In this document: positions 1-12,600 of the stretch, in pieces
How the letters are laid out: each line of letters opens with the position of its first letter
Numbering within the stretch: the first letter of the stretch is position 1
Assembly: GCA_951406725.2 (NCBI GenBank)
Contig: OX597827.1
Location: forward strand, 71,114,001-71,178,000
Reading direction: 5' to 3'
Source: Octopus vulgaris
Taxonomy: Eukaryota
Length of the DNA: 64,000 nucleotides
Notes under the pieces: model-generated
Database searches by the model: none
Told to the model about the DNA's origin: nothing
Seen by the model: only the letters and a program-made list of their open reading frames with translations
Made by a program: the position numbers and the translations under genes

Positions 1-127
1 TTTGTAAGCCCAGTACTTATTCTATCGGTCTATTTTGCCGAACCGCTAAGTGACGGGAACGTAAACACACCAGCAACGGTTGTCAAGCAATGCTAGGGGG
101 ACAAACACAGACACACAAACACACACA

Positions 128-205
<78 letters not shown>

Positions 206-370
206 TACGACGGGCTTCTTTCAGTTTCTGTCTACCAAATCCACTCACGAGGCTTTGGTCGGCCCGAGGCTATAGTAGAAGACACTTGCCCAAGGTGCCA
301 CGCAGTGGGACTGAACCCGGAACTATGTGGCTGGTTAGCAAGCTACTTACCACACAGCCACTCCTGTGCC
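1..370 (-). mobile_element. tRNA-derived SINE family A (CORE-like, internal TA/TG microsatellite)
   Basis: Reverse complement of the head GGCGCAGGAGTGGCTGTGTGGTAAG..GGTTCAGTCCC..CCTTGGGCAAGT shared by ~19 copies in window. Confidence 0.85.
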
Positions 371-371
371 T

Positions 372-1845
372 TAATGAACATTGTATGTGAATACTGTGGT
401 GCGTTTAGGTTTAGAAATGAAAGTAACAGTTGTTGCCGCAATGGATAGGTGAACGTGTCTGCATTGCAATCATATCCAGAGACACTAAAAACTTCATTTG
501 AGGGAAACGACCAAGAGTTCGTTTCATTCCGTAGAAATACCAGAAATTACAATTGTATCTTCTCCTTTGCGTCATTTGGAGTCAAACTGGCAGCACCTCC
601 AGGAAGGGGTCCGTATTGCTTCCGCATTCAGGGCCAAACTTACCACACAACGACAAACCTGCATCCTGCTAATGAGCGACTGCAATACGGCCAGTTATAT
701 ACATATTTCTTTATTACCCACAAGGGGCTAAACATAGAAGGGACAAACAAAGACAGACATAGGTATTAAGTCAATTACATCGAAACCAGTGCGTATGTGG
801 TACTTAATTTATCGACCCCGAAAGGATGAAAGGCAAAGTCGACTTCGACGGAATTTGAACTCACAACGTAACGGCAGACGAAATACGGCTACGCATTTCG
901 CCCGGCGTGCTAATGTTTCTGCCAGCTCGCCGCCTTAATAAAGTCCTTTCTACTTTCGGCACAAGGCCTGAAATTTTGGGGGTAAGGGTGGGGTTTAGTC
1001 GATGATGTCGGTCCCAGTTATATACCAGTGCGTATATGGTACTTAATTTATCGACCCCGAAAGGATGAAAGGCAAAGTCGACCTCGACGGAATTTGAACT
1101 CACAACGTAACGACAGACGAAATACGGCTACGCATTTCGCCCGGCGTGCTAACGTTTCTGCCAGCTCGCCACCTTAATAAAGTCCTTTCTACTTTCGGCA
1201 CAATGCCTGAAATTTTGGGGGTAAGTGGGCCTTAGTCGATCCCAGTTATATACCATTGATGCGGATGAAGCTCTGCAGCACAGGATGGATGAGCCTCAAA
1301 ATTCTGAGTGTTCCTCTGTTGCTATGAGAAAAGCAAGTGATGTTATCCACCAAATTAATCCTTATGCAGAATTGTACAAGAACACGCATGCGGTTGAACA
1401 ACAAGAAGAGGAGAGAGCCAGAAGAGACAATGTACCAATATGGAGATGTGAGTTATGCTTCAGGAGAGGGTCCGATATCAGGCGCTACAACCTCCCCACC
1501 AGCAATGAAATAACAGCAGTGTTTGTTGTAGAAAATGGTGCCCCTCCTGAAAATAGAGACATTATTGTGTATCCCAGAGATGCTTCCCCCTGAAAAAATA
1601 TCTTAAACGCCATGAGCTACCCAATTATGTTTCCCCATGGGGAATTTGGAAGGTATTGTGAGATGCAACATGTCGAGGAACGCCAGACATGTGCGTTATC
1701 GTTTGATCATACAAGAATACTACAGCTATCGTCTTGCATTCAAAGGTGGGTTTAGCTGGAAAATTATTTCAACAGTATGTTGTGGATGCATATGTCAAGG
1801 CTGAAGTTCGTAGGTTGCAACATCTTAGGAACAATCAGACCGAGC
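372..1845 (+). mobile_element. Decayed Helitron Rep/helicase N-terminal coding fragment, interrupted by SINEs
   Basis: CEYCGAFRF..CCRNG, RNYNCIFSFASFG..PGRGPYCFRIQGQTYH..YGQLY, NPYAELYK, RRYNLPTSNEITAVF, SYPIMFPHG, GKLFQQYVVDAYVKAE..RL..LRNNQ; stops and frameshifts. Confidence 0.9.
703..1241 (-). mobile_element. Two tandem SINE family B copies (Nin/Deu-like domain) inside the Helitron
   Basis: Reverse complement of GCCTTTCATCCTTTCGGGGTCGATAAATTAAGTACC; bounded by repeated CCAGTTATATAC. Confidence 0.85.
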
Positions 1846-2002
1846 TTCTTTCAGTTTCTGTCTACCAAATCCACTCACAAGGCTTTGGTCGGTCTGCGGC
1901 GATAGTAGAATACACTTGCCCAAGGTGTCACGCAGTGGGACAGAACCCGGAATCATGTGGTTGGTAAGCAAGCTACTTACATCCACTCCTGCCTTACATG
2001 TT

Positions 2003-2049
2003 GTATATATATATATATATATATATATACATCTGTGTATATATGTATG

Positions 2050-2106
<57 letters not shown>

Positions 2107-2150
2107 CCCAGCATGGCCACAGCTCATTAGCTGAAACTGGAAAAATCAAA

Positions 2151-2237
<87 letters not shown>

Positions 2238-2340
2238 GTATGTATATACGTATATTTATATATGTATGTATGCATGCATGTATGTATGTATGTATGTATG
2301 TATGTATGTATGTATGTATGTATGTATGTATGTATGTATG
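2003..2340. repeat. (TA)n and (TATG)n microsatellites
   Basis: Direct inspection. Confidence 0.95.
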
Positions 2341-2367
2341 GACAATAAAAAAAATATGCCATTTTAA

Positions 2368-2397
2368 TCCGGAGCAACGCCGAGTATCTTTTGCTAG
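2368..2397 (+). mobile_element. Helitron 3' terminus (subterminal hairpin + CTAG)
   Basis: CCGGAGCAACGCCGAG..GCTAG|T, similar to ends of the non-autonomous Helitrons in window. Confidence 0.65.
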
Positions 2398-2636
2398 TAG
2401 TAAATAAATCACTATCCTACTGATTCTGATAAACAAGGATGTTTGATCAAAGGATCAACCCAAATTTAAGGATTATCCCACTGATGACGTCAATGATTTG
2501 CAATGACTCTGAACACAAACTAGTCATCTCAAACATTCATTTGTTTAGTGTATTGGAATGTTTCGACATGATATAACACGTCCGGGTATATTCGAGTGCA
2601 CGACAGTGTTTACTTTCCCGAGTGGAAAACAAGAAA

Positions 2637-3608
2637 GGCGGCGAGCTGGCAGAAACGTTAAGCACGCCGGGCGAAAATGCTAAGCGGTATTTCGTCTGCC
2701 GTTGTTACGTTCCGAGTTCAAATTCCGCCGAAGTCGACTTTGCCTTTCATCTTTTCGGAGTCGATAAATTAAGTACCAGTTATGCACTGGGGTTGATATA
2801 ATTGACTTAATCCGTTTGTCTGTCCTTGTTTGTCCTCTCTGTGTTTAGCCGTTTGTGGGTAGTAAATAAATAGGTATTTCGTCTGCCGTTACATTCTGAG
2901 TTCAAATTCCGCCGGGGTCGGCTTTACCTTTCATCCTTTCGGGGTCGATTAAATAAGTTCAAGTTACGCACTGGGGTCGATATAATTGACTTAATCCGTT
3001 TGTCTGTCCTTGTTTGTCCTCTCTGTGTTTAGCCGTTTGTGGGTAGTAAAGAAATAGGTATTTCGTCTGCCGTTACATTCTGAGTTCAAATTCCGCCGAG
3101 GTTGACTTTGCCTTTCATCTTTTCGGAGTCGATAAATTAACTACTAGTTATGCACTGGGGTTGATATAATTGACTTAATCCGTTTGTCTGTCCTTGTTTG
3201 TCCTCTCTGTGTTTAGCCCCTTGCGTGTAGTAAAGAAATAGGTATTTCGTCTACCGTTATGTTCTGAGTTCAAATTCTGCCGAGGTCGACTTTGCCTTTC
3301 ATCTTTTCGGGATCGATAAATTAAGTACCAGTTAAGCACTGGGGTCGATATAATTGACTTAATCCGATTGTCTGTCCTTGTTTGTCCTGTCTGTGTGTAG
3401 CTCCTTGTAGGAAGTAAAGAAATAGGTATTTCGTCTGCCGTTACATTCTGAGTTCAAATTCCGCCGAGGTTGACTTTGCCTTTCAGCCTTTCGGGATCGA
3501 TAAATTAAGTACCAGTTAAGCACTGTGGTCGATATAATCGACTTAATCCGTTTGTCTGTCCTTGTTTGTCTCCTCTATGTTTAGCTCCTTGTGGGCAATA
3601 AAGAAATA
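2637..3608 (+). mobile_element. Pentameric SINE family B array (184-bp period)
   Basis: One head then units restarting at GGTATTTCGTC at 2873, 3057, 3241, 3425; flanked by GGAAA(A)CAAGA duplication. Confidence 0.9.
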
Positions 3609-3883
3609 GGAAACAAGATAGCTATTTTGTTTTGTGATTATTTTTTTACTTCATTCTTTTTTTTTCTTTGCACGTCTTATGAATTTTGAGTGTGGCGCTC
3701 AAGCTTTTTCAAAGAATTTTAAGTGTGACACTTCACTCAACTCGTCAGTTGCGATCGGTATGATTCTACAAAAGGGAAAACAGAATAAGGGAACGCAGAG
3801 GGCTCTATGAAGTCCGTCTTGGCCAGCTTCAAAGAAATCTGTGTATGATTCTTCACTCAAATATGTTTCTTTATTAAAATATA

Positions 3884-4108
3884 TATTTCTTACTACCCAC
3901 AAGGGGCTACACACAGAGAGGACAAACAAGGACAGACAAATGGATTAAGTCGATTACATCAACCCCAGTGCGTAACTGGTACTTAATTTATCGACCCCGA
4001 AAGGATGAAAGGCAAAGTCGACCTCGGCGGAATTTGAACTCAGAACGTAGCGGCAGACGAACGACCGTTAAGCATTTCGCCCGGCGTGCTAACGATTCTG
4101 CCAGCTCG
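3884..4108 (-). mobile_element. SINE family B monomer
   Basis: Family match; CACTCAAATA duplicated at 3854 and 4109. Confidence 0.85.
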
Positions 4109-4564
4109 CACTCAAATAGCCAGCAGAAAGGATAACAGCATGAGAGAAAGAAAAGGACCCTAAGCAGTCATTTGACTGGCTTCAAGGAACTCTGAGGGTG
4201 ACACTTCACTCGAATAGCCAGCAGAAGGAAGAACAGCATGAGGGAACGAAGAGTATCCTCAGCAGTGACTTCACCAGCTTTATAGAATTCTGAGAGTGAT
4301 ACTTCACACGAATAACAAGCAGCGAACCATATGGTTCTACAAAAGGGAAAACAAAATGAGGGATCAATGCCGTCGTTCGATCTGCTTGAAATAGTGACTA
4401 AATCTCCCTGAAATCACATCCTGTCATGGCCATGCTTGAGAATCCTACTGATACAAAAAAGGAATTATCAAAGCTGAATTTCCTTTGCTTCCACTGGTCA
4501 AGAAAAAGTTAGATCTATTTCGAAGGAGTATATTTAGAGCAGTGCTTTTCAAACTTTTTGCTGG

Positions 4565-4903
4565 AGTTCAAATTCCGCCGAGACTTTGCCTTTCATCCTT
4601 TCGGGGTCGATAAATTAAGTACCAGTTACGCACTGGAGTCGATATAATTGACTTAATCCCTTTGTCTGTCCTCGTTTGTCCTCTCTGTGTTTAGCCCCTT
4701 GTGGGTAGTAAAGAAATAGGTATTTCGTATGTCTTTACGTTCTGAGTTCAAATTCCGCCGAGGTCGGCTTTGACTTTCATCTTTTCGGGGGTCGAGTAAA
4801 TAAGTACCAGTTACGCACTGGGGTCGATGTAATCGACTTAATCCCTTTGTCTGTCCTTGTTTGTCCCCTCTATGTTTAGCCCCTTGTGGGCAATAAAGAA
4901 ATA
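4565..4903 (+). mobile_element. SINE family B dimer, 5' truncated
   Basis: Two units joined by GTAAAGAAATAGGTATTTCG. Confidence 0.85.
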
Positions 4904-4904
4904 A

Positions 4905-5404
4905 GTTAATACTACAAAGTATGGAGCGCAAGTGTAATTTCAATAAAGAACAAAATAAGAATGTTTAACACTAATATAAAAGCGGTGTTATTGTATGGGG
5001 CTGAGACATGGCGAACAACAGTTAAGTCAAATAAGCAAATACAATCATTCATCAACAGATGCTTGCGTAGTATACTTAAAATTAGATGGCACGAACACAT
5101 AAGCAATATGGAGCTATGGCAAAGAACAAATGAAGTTTTGATTAGGGAGCAAATATTTAAGAAAAAGTGGAAGCGGATTGGTTGCACAATTAGAAAAGAC
5201 ACACTAAATACAGCGAAAAGTGCTTTACAGTGGAAACCTGATGGATATAGAAGGAGAGGTAGACCTAAGAACTCATGGCGGAGATCAACACAAAAGGAAC
5301 TAGAGAAAGGGGGACATTCATGGCAGAGTATAAGTATAGAAGCGAAAAATTATGCAACATGGAATTCAATTATAAGTGGCCTACACTCCGCATTGGAGGG
5401 TTAA
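4905..5404 (+). mobile_element. RTE-clade LINE 3' ORF fragment
   Basis: FNTNIKAVLLYGAETW..FINRCLRSILKIRW..ISNMELW..W.PDGYRRRGRPKNSW. Confidence 0.9.
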
Positions 5405-5703
5405 AGGCAGGAAAAATACTACATACAACTCTCACACACACACACACACACACAGTTACTACCACCCGCACTCAGTTACTACCCACCACACACACACACA
5501 CGTGCTATTACACACACTGAAACACTCGCGCGAGCATACTCAAACGTACACACAGATTTCTCCTTCTCTTACACTCTCCTGTCTTAGAAAGAACTTTTTC
5601 TTTGTCCATTCCCTTCTGGTCATTTCAAAATGTAACTACATGTAGATGGTTGGCGATTTTTTCCCTCCGTCTTCCTTTTACTCTTGGAGTTTCCTCTGTC
5701 TCC

Positions 5704-5741
5704 TGTTTCTGAAGAAGAGCTTTTGCTCGAAAAGTAAAACA
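5704..5741 (+). ncRNA. Minimal hammerhead-like motif in a Penelope-like terminal repeat remnant
   Basis: TGTTT CTGAAGA aGAGC-TTTT-GCTC GAAA aGTA AAACA; stem III defective. Confidence 0.55.
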
Positions 5742-5892
5742 ACCTTTCTTTCCTTCCCTGAGCGACCTTTAATACTTTGCATGTACCACATACTCATGCT
5801 GTTGTTTTTTCTTGCGCTTTTTTCTTCGTTTTGGGGTGGCGGTGGGGGAGTGGATTAATTAAACGTGTGTATGTGTGTGTGTGTGTGTACAT

Positions 5893-6210
5893 AGGCGCAG
5901 GCGTGGCTGAATGGTAAGAAGCTTGATTACCAACCATATGGTTCTAGGTTCAGTCTCACAGCGTGGCACCTTGAGCAAGTATCTTCTACTATAGCGTCAG
6001 GCCGACCAAACCATTATGAGTAGATTTGGTACACGGTAACAGAAAGAAGCCCGTCGTATATGTGTGTGTGTGAATGTGTGTGTGTTTGCTCTCTCCTCCC
6101 TCACTATCACTTGGCGACCTACTAAGTACAAAGAATAAGTCCTGTCGATTTGCTCGACTAAAGGCGGTGCTCCAGCATGGCCGCAGTCAAATGATTGAAG
6201 CAAGTAAATA
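5893..6210 (+). mobile_element. SINE family A
   Basis: Family match, diverged. Confidence 0.8.
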
Positions 6211-6633
6211 AACAAACGACTATATATATTTGTTCTTCACTCCAGATTTATTATCGGTCTTATTTTATATTCATTGTCTGAAATCTCTTCAGCACCTCTC
6301 AATCCCACGTACCTCCTCCTCCTGTCCTGTTTAGTCCATATTCTAAACAGAACAGGAGGAGACACATGGGGTGGAGAGCTGCTGAAGAGGTCATAGGGCG
6401 TGTGACAAAAGATTTCCATAAAAATAAAAATAAGAAATAAGTGGAAATTTTACCGGTGAGTATGTTACCTTATAAGGCACAACAGGCCATAAAACAAGAA
6501 CAATAAAAAATCTGAAGTGAAGAACATATTGTACGTGTGTTTATTTGGTAAAAAAAAATGACCGTCCCGAAATATAATGATATATTTTTATTCTTGCTCA
6601 TATATTTTAAGTAATATTTTGATTTTTTATCTT

Positions 6634-6787
6634 AGTGGCTGTGTGGTAAGTAGCTTGCTTACCAACCACATGGTTCCGGGTTCCGTCCCACTGCGTGGCA
6701 CCTTGGGCAAGTGTCTTCTACTATAGCTTCGAGCCGGCCAAAGCCTTGTGAGTGGATTTGGTAGACGGAAACTGAAAGAAGCCCGTC

Positions 6788-6873
<86 letters not shown>

Positions 6874-7068
6874 CTGTGTTTGTCCCCCTAGCATTGCTTG
6901 ACAACCGATGCTGGTGTGTTTATGTCCCCGGCAAAAAGAGACAGATAGAATAAGTACTGGGCTTACAAAAAAATAAGTCCCGGGGTCGAGTTGCTCGATT
7001 AAAGGCGGTGCTCCAGCATGGCCGCAGTCAAATGACTGAAACAAGTAAAAGAGAGTAAAGAGTAAGAG
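6634..7068 (+). mobile_element. SINE family A, near full length
   Basis: Head, (TA)n(TG)n, tail GAAACAAGTAAAAGAGAGTAAAGAG. Confidence 0.88.
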
Positions 7069-7519
7069 TATATTCAAAATCAAAAATTTGTAATACATTA
7101 ACTCGTATTTAAAACCCTGAGTTATTGCCCCTTATACATTGGATTTTCATTTGTTACTTCCCTTCTGCTATTTTTGCCGATATTTCAATTAATTCTGAAT
7201 GACAAATGATGGATTTAGGATTTAAAAAAAAGACTCGTTATTTAGCTGGAGTTTGGAATAAAAACTATCATAAAATTTTGACGGAAGGTTTTAATTTAGG
7301 AAATTTGTATCGTAGGACCAGGGGCGTTCTCCGGCTGTTTGGTAAAGGGTTTCGATTCTAAATTAGTCAAGCTTAGAATATAACATATATCAAATTTTTT
7401 AATCCCGACAGATAGAATTATAATGAATTATTCCAGCTCCATTGTTTATCATATTTTGCTGCCTATAGAAACTTAACCAAGCGTTTTGGTAATTCCTGTT
7501 AGAAATAACTGCTAAATCT

Positions 7520-9044
7520 TCTATATATATAAAACTGTAGTTGTGTGAGTGTCTGTCCCCTTCGATTTAGATTCCTAACTACTCCCACATTTTGCGGTGC
7601 AGTTTAACCAAATTCGGGTATCTTATAGTCGTGATTCATATCGAGCCCGTCTGAGTATTAGCGCGCGTCTACGATGAATCTACGATTTTAAAAATAATTT
7701 AACATCATTTTTTATTCCATTTTAATGCATAATTTTTCGTGTGTCGATGCCGGCGGAGTTGGCGTCCATGGTCACACCTGCACCTGCTTCTCCCCTTCTT
7801 CCCTCCCTCGTGAAGCTGTGGGGAAGGGAGTGTAAGGAAATCAACGTCGTAAAGCGTTGTCAAGGAGACCAGCGTTCTTTTAGAACAACGACTTCATGGC
7901 TTGCAGACACTGAGTCAACGATTTAAAAAAAAAATTATCATTTTTTATTCCATTTTTAATGTATTTTCTAGCTATAACTCTCTAAAAATGCTTATATAGT
8001 TATTTCCCTTACAAACCCGAGCAACTCCAGGCGATACTGCTAGTCTATATATATAAAACTCTAGTTGTGTGAGTGTCTGTCCCATTCGATTTAGATTCCT
8101 AACTCCTCCCACATTTTGCGGTGCAGTTTAACCAAATTCGGGTATCTTATAGTCGTGATTCATATCGAGCCCGTCTGACTATTAGCGCGCGTCAACGATG
8201 AGTCTACGATTTTAAAAATAATTTAACATCATTTTTTATTCCATTTTAATGCATAAAATGCATCGTATGTCGATGGCGGCGGAGTTGGCGTCCACGCTCA
8301 CAGCTGCACCTGTTTGCTTCTCCCCCTTCCCTCCCTCGTGAAGCTGTGGGGAAGGGAGTGTAAAGAAATCAACGTCGTAATGCATTGTGAAGGAAACCAG
8401 CGTTCTATTAGAACAACGACTTCATGGCTTGAAGACACCAAAACAAAAATGGCTAAGAAAGCCCGAATTTATAAGGGAAGTAACTCTCTAAAAATGCTTA
8501 TATAGTTATTTCCCTTACAAACCCGAGCAACGCCAGGCGATACTGCTAGTTATATATAAAAGTCAAGTTGTGTGTCTGTCTCCTACGATTTAGATTCATA
8601 ACTACTCCCACATTTTGCGGTGCAGTTTAACCAAAATCGGGTATCTTATAGTCGTGATTCATATCGAGCCCTTCTGGGTATTAGCGCGCGTCTACGATGA
8701 GTCTACGATTTTTAAAAGATTTACCATCATTTTTTTCCATTTTAATGCATTTTTCGCTATTATATAAGGGAAGTAACTCTCTAAAAATGTCTACGATGAG
8801 TCAACAATTTTTTTTTTAATTTACCATCATTTTTTTCCATTTTAATGCATTTTTTCGCTATTATATAAGGGAAGTAACTCTCTAAAAATGTCTACGATGA
8901 GTCAAGGATTAAAAAAAAAATTTACCATCATTTTTTTTCCATTTTTAATGCATTTTTTTTGCTATTTTTTGGCTATAACTCTCTAAAAATGCTTATATAG
9001 TTATTTCCCTTACAAATCCGAGCAACGCCGGGCGATACTGCTAG
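7520..9044 (+). mobile_element. Head-to-tail array of three non-autonomous Helitrons (7520-8043, 8044-8549, 8550-9044)
   Basis: Each starts T(C)TATATATAAAA and ends CCGAGCAACGCCRGGCGATACTGCTAG with no spacer. Confidence 0.85.
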
Positions 9045-9299
9045 TATCAAATAAAGGCCATCAAGTTCTTGTTGTTTAAAAGAAAATAGAAAAATTAAAA
9101 ATCGGATGATGTTGTCGCAGATACACTGTGCCAGTAAAAAAAAGGTGGATGTTCCTGGTTGTAATCGATGTAATTATGGGTCTGATGTATTACATCTAAT
9201 AAAGAATTAAATAAAGAACGACGATCGCAAAAATCTGTTCGACTGAGGTTCCATTAATTCGAAAACCTCTCTACGCCTCGTGCTCAAGGTCCGCTGTCG

Positions 9300-9456
9300 T
9301 AAAACTACATCCACATCCTGTCTGAATATATATATCCTCCAGACACGTGCTACCACGAACCTGAATGTAGAATCCTTTATACACACACACATAACAGCTA
9401 TGTATCGATGTGTTTAGACTTTATTTTTATTAAAACAGTAACAGTTAGAATATAAG
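9300..9456 (+). promoter_or_regulatory. Putative RRP12 promoter/5'UTR with E-box and DRE-like motif
   Basis: Non-repetitive, CpG-retaining DNA; CACGTG 9344-9349, TATCGATG 9403-9410; TSS not locatable. Confidence 0.35.
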
Positions 9457-9604
9457 ATGCATCCTTTAAAGAGGAAGAAGAGCAAAAGGACCCACGGAGT
9501 CACGGCAAAGCGAAATGCTGCTCGCTGGAAACGTGGACAGAGTTGTACAAGCAACCCGACTTTCAGAGAACATCGCGACAGAGTCGGACAGGGCTACACA
9601 AAAG
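9457..9604 (+). CDS. RRP12: RRP12 coding exon 1
   Basis: ATG 9457; [40 protein letters not shown]...; donor G|gtaagt, phase 1. Confidence 0.88.
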
Positions 9605-12600
9605 GTAAGTCTAATGTCACATAAAACACGATACAGTGTTCGTTGCTATATACCTTGTAGTAGTAGTATTTAGTTAGGTCCCTGTTTATGCTGAAGTCGA
9701 CTAACTTCTATAGTTCAATAAATTAAATACCCGTCGATTACCGAGGTTTGATTTAATTGACCGTTAATTAACTCCAACAAAATATTCAGGACTTGTATTT
9801 TAAGTTTAGAATTCAATACTATAAATGTATCGCATATTTTAAAGCTTATGTCCACAGGTATTAAACATTTCTAATGAGTGAATTGGTGGGATAATTAACT
9901 CTGCTGTGAATTGGATTTTTCACGACGCAAAACATGGCTAGTTTTATCAGACTCCACCGTTTTACCATTAAATAATCTTGGGTTTTTTTTGTTATTTACA
10001 TGTATTAAGCATATAATAGATAAAAGCAATATTCTTACAAACTACCTACTACCTTTATGTATGAAGAAATATTTCATTTCTGTGAATCGTATTTAATATC
10101 CTAAAAATTAGTCTTGTATAATAGAGTTTTTCTTCACCGTATTTATACAGAACGGATTAATGCTTTAAATTATGAAAATGTCTGGGGAAAAAACCAATTC
10201 GGATCGATGAAAATATACTGCAAATACTGTTTAAGCCTCACTAGTCTCGCCAGTTACCAATTATAGAAAACTTGTTTATCTCCGTTAATGGTGTGAATTA
10301 ACAATTACTTGGTGAAGTGGGTTGAAATAAGATAATTTTTTTAGGGTGTTCTGATATTGGGAGAGTGACTGAATGATACCGTAATGCAGTGACTATATAT
10401 TAAACATATCGTACAGGTGGAATTGCATCACATTGCAATGCGTAGTTTATACGTCATATTAAACGAAGTAGCCTGTATTTGATGTCCATGTCATCAGATC
10501 AGGGATAGGATAGATTACAGTTGTGTAGTATACCTCACATAGTGTGGAAGTAGTCTACACATTATCCATGGTAAGTTATACATGTTGTTGTGGTACACCT
10601 CCTGCCTCAGTAGGTATGCTTAGGTGTAGGCATGAGGCATACAACAGCATGTAGAACTTGTGGTATACAACATGTATAGACAATGTATGTAAACTTCACT
10701 GTCGCAGTACGATCTGACAGATTTTCCGATCCAGTAAGAAACACATGGAGGTTTGGAATTAAGCAAAGGGGTCCTCGTGTAAGGGGTAGCCTGAGGGTTT
10801 GTATTTGCTGAAGTCTTTAATAAGAGATTACTAATGAAGGACAGACACCAGTTTGTATGGCTTTATGGAAACCTTACTGACCATGGAGAAGAGTGGGGGA
10901 ATTCATTGTCTCTTGTTTTAGTCATTGGAGGGCGCCCATGCTGGAGCACCGTCTTGAAGTGTGTAGTCAAATCGACCCCAGTTCTTAAATCTGGTGTCTA
11001 TTTTAGTGATTACTTCTGCTAAACCGTTAAGTTATTGAGACATAAACAAAACAGACATACACGCACATGACGGGCTTCCACACAGTTTCCGTCTACCCAG
11101 TTACAAGGCATTGAGCTTTTGTACAAGTGATGTGCAAGTGGACAGAACCCAAAATTACATATTTCTTTATTGCCCACAGGAGGCTAAACAGAGGGGACAG
11201 ACAAAGGGATTAAGTTGATTACATTGACCCCAGTGCATAACTAGTACTTGATTTATCGAATTCAGTGGAATTTGAACTCAGAACCTAACGGCAGATGAAA
11301 TACCACTAAGCACTTAGTGCAGTGTGCTAACATTTCTTATTTCTTTATTGCCCACAAGGGGCTAAACAGAGGGGACAAACAAGGACAGACAAAGGGATTA
11401 AGTCGATTACATCGACCCTAGTGTGTAGCTGGTACTTAATTTATCGACCCTGAAAGGATGAAAGGCAAATTTGAACTCGGAACGTAACGGCAGACAAAAT
11501 ACCACTAAGCACTTCACCCGGCATGCTAATGATTCTGCCAGCTCACCACCATTACAAAACTACATATTTTTAATGCAAGCTCCTTAACCACATGGCTTTT
11601 TTCTTTTTTTTTTTTTATGCCTTACTCCCAACTGCTGTTTCCATCACCTTTTATTAAATGTTGAATTTGTGTGTTAAGTTAGAGGGCGAGCTGGCAGAAA
11701 CGTTAGAACATCAAGCAAAATGCTTAACTGTATTTCGTCTGCCGTTATGTTCTGAGTTCAAATTCCGCCAAAGTCGACTTTGCCTTTCATCCTTTCGGGG
11801 TCAATAAATTAAGTACCAGTTACACACTGGGGTTGATGTAATCGACTTAATCCCTTCGTCTGTCCTTGTTTGTCCCCTCTATGTTTAGCCCCTTGTGGGC
11901 AATAAAGAAATAAGTTAAAGGGTTTGTCCTCTTCAGAGATTGGCATTCTTTCAGAAGTTAGATTAACCAGTTGTACCCCCAGAAAAATAAGCAGTTGTAT
12001 GTCACTATAAACCACCTAATTGCATGCCTTTCTCTTTCTGCATGAATCAATGGTAATAACTAGAGAGTCGCAAATGGCCCAATCAACTTCTGAAAGAATG
12101 CCCCCAAAGGGTGGAGTAAGATTTTTGGAGAGAGTGGGGTTGAACGTTTTGGCAAGGATTTGAGCTTGCTCTAAACCAGGCTGTTTGAAAGTGATGGAAA
12201 AGGCAAGTTATGTTATGTTAGGAGGAGTTCTGCATTTTGCTATGGTCAGGCATATGCAATTTTTTTTTTTTTTTTTTTTTTTTTTAAAGGGGCCACATGA
12301 GACATGGCTCATCATCAGACAGCCTTACCGACAAGAAAAAGAAGGGTAATTTCTCATTAGGCATACCTACCATTCAGAAAGTCCTGCAGGTTTCAGGTAT
12401 AGATGACAATGGTGAGATTGGAACATGGGGGTATTGGGGGTTGGGGATGAATGATTATACATGCTTCCCCCACCAACCACCTGTAAATACTTTCACCATT
12501 GCTGTCAGAAATAAGGGCAGAATTGTTAGCACACCAGGCTTTGTGTCATTTTGTCCATCTTGACGTTCTGAGTTCAAATTCCGCCAAGGTCAGCTTTGCT

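Noticed and set aside
80-2436. ORFs rich in IY/YI/HT/CV repeats here and across the window
   Set aside because: Translations of microsatellites and SINEs, not genes
2637-3608. CRISPR-like or retrozyme array
   Set aside because: No unique spacers and no CUGANGA core on either strand; it is a SINE multimer
6237-6419. Possible minus-strand exon (MEIFCHTPYDLF..) of a divergent gene
   Set aside because: No recognisable homology or partner exons; cannot be supported without RNA data
9207-9392. Minus-strand 61-aa ORF at the RRP12 promoter
   Set aside because: Short, GTG start in a CA repeat, no homology
11942-12102. 22-bp inverted repeat pair
   Set aside because: Real but short, with no TSD or family identity; likely an old MITE remnant
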